Origin: a virus
Taxonomy: Duplodnaviria; Caudoviricetes
DNA: 57,780 nt
Direction: 5' to 3' (one strand)
Virus record (IMG/VR): IMGVR_UViG_3300032308_000478
Span: 1 to 57,780 of that record
Both the position numbers and the translations under genes were made by a program. Shown here in pieces: positions 57,471-57,780 of this stretch; position 1 is the stretch's first letter; each line of letters starts with the position of its first letter. A model generated the notes under the pieces. That model was not told the origin of the DNA and did not search any database. It saw only the letters and a list, made by a program, of their open reading frames with translations.

Positions 57471-57780
57471 GTAACATCTCCATGTTTTCTGTGCTGCGAT
57501 ACATTAATTCCACGAGATCGTTTATTCTATATGTATGTTGTCGCTTATGAACACTCAGTTCATTCAGCTGTTTATCAATCTGCACAAGTTGTTCTCTCAG
57601 ACTAGCGATCTCGTTATATATTTTCGATGTGTCATTCATTTCTGAAGCAGTCTTGTGCAATGAACTTTTCTTATTCATTAGTCTGGTGGCGTGCATCTTG
57701 ACGCCATGAAGAATAGTTGTGTGATCCCATCCGCCTGTGTTCTGTGCGATCCATGGATAGCTCATCCCATGAGCCCTCAA
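57382..57780 (-). CDS. DnaA domain IV-like protein, 3' part (joins 1-258)
   Basis: In-frame continuation across the junction (..KKSSL|HKTASE..) with a C-terminal coiled coil. Confidence 0.85.
   Translation of the reverse strand: MRAHGMSYPWIAQNTGGWDHTTILHGVKMHATRLMNKKSSLHKTASEMNDTSKIYNEIASLREQLVQIDKQLNELSVHKRQHTYRINDLVELMYRSTENMEMLHAEEAPEEQDNPCVQDLECNGVRREALAT
57658..57780. repeat. Terminal direct repeat, right copy
   Basis: Identical to 1-123. Confidence 0.95.

Noticed and set aside
57658-57780. 123-bp terminal repeat as a biological DTR
   Set aside because: It falls mid-gene with an in-frame join, so it is most simply an assembler overlap of a circular or permuted genome

Overview
The window is an apparently complete, circular-mapping dsDNA tailed-phage genome of about 57,657 bp. 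Bases 1-123 are repeated exactly at 57658-57780. It is podovirus-like: there is no tape-measure or tail-tube gene, but there are adaptor and nozzle genes followed by large ejection proteins. The host is probably an alphaproteobacterium, judging from a GcrA-like gene, a DnaA domain-IV gene, a CtrA-type box and two-component spanins. Two arms diverge from a control region at about 5740-7870. The minus-strand arm carries small early genes, a MoxR-AAA/DUF3150-like/vWA-metallopeptidase operon, a DnaA-C protein, PolA, a PD-(D/E)XK nuclease, a GcrA-like protein, VRR-NUC, an SNF2 helicase, an SSB-like protein, an HTH protein and a primase-helicase. The plus-strand arm carries TerS/TerL, a fibre cassette, portal, scaffold, capsid, several tailspikes, a heme oxygenase, lysis genes and ejection proteins. 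I saw no integrase, tRNA or CRISPR array. The most notable observations are: (1) six tandem beta-clamp-binding-like motifs (QxxLF/QxxMF/QxxLxL) in the 2780-aa ejection protein; (2) a complete type II hammerhead ribozyme in the early operon; (3) a possible cell-cycle hijack set (DnaA-IV and GcrA-like proteins plus CtrA/DnaA-like boxes on the divergent promoters); (4) early promoters followed by a hairpin and a boxA-like element; (5) a lone heme oxygenase inside the tailspike module. All family assignments come from motif recognition by eye; no database searches were run.
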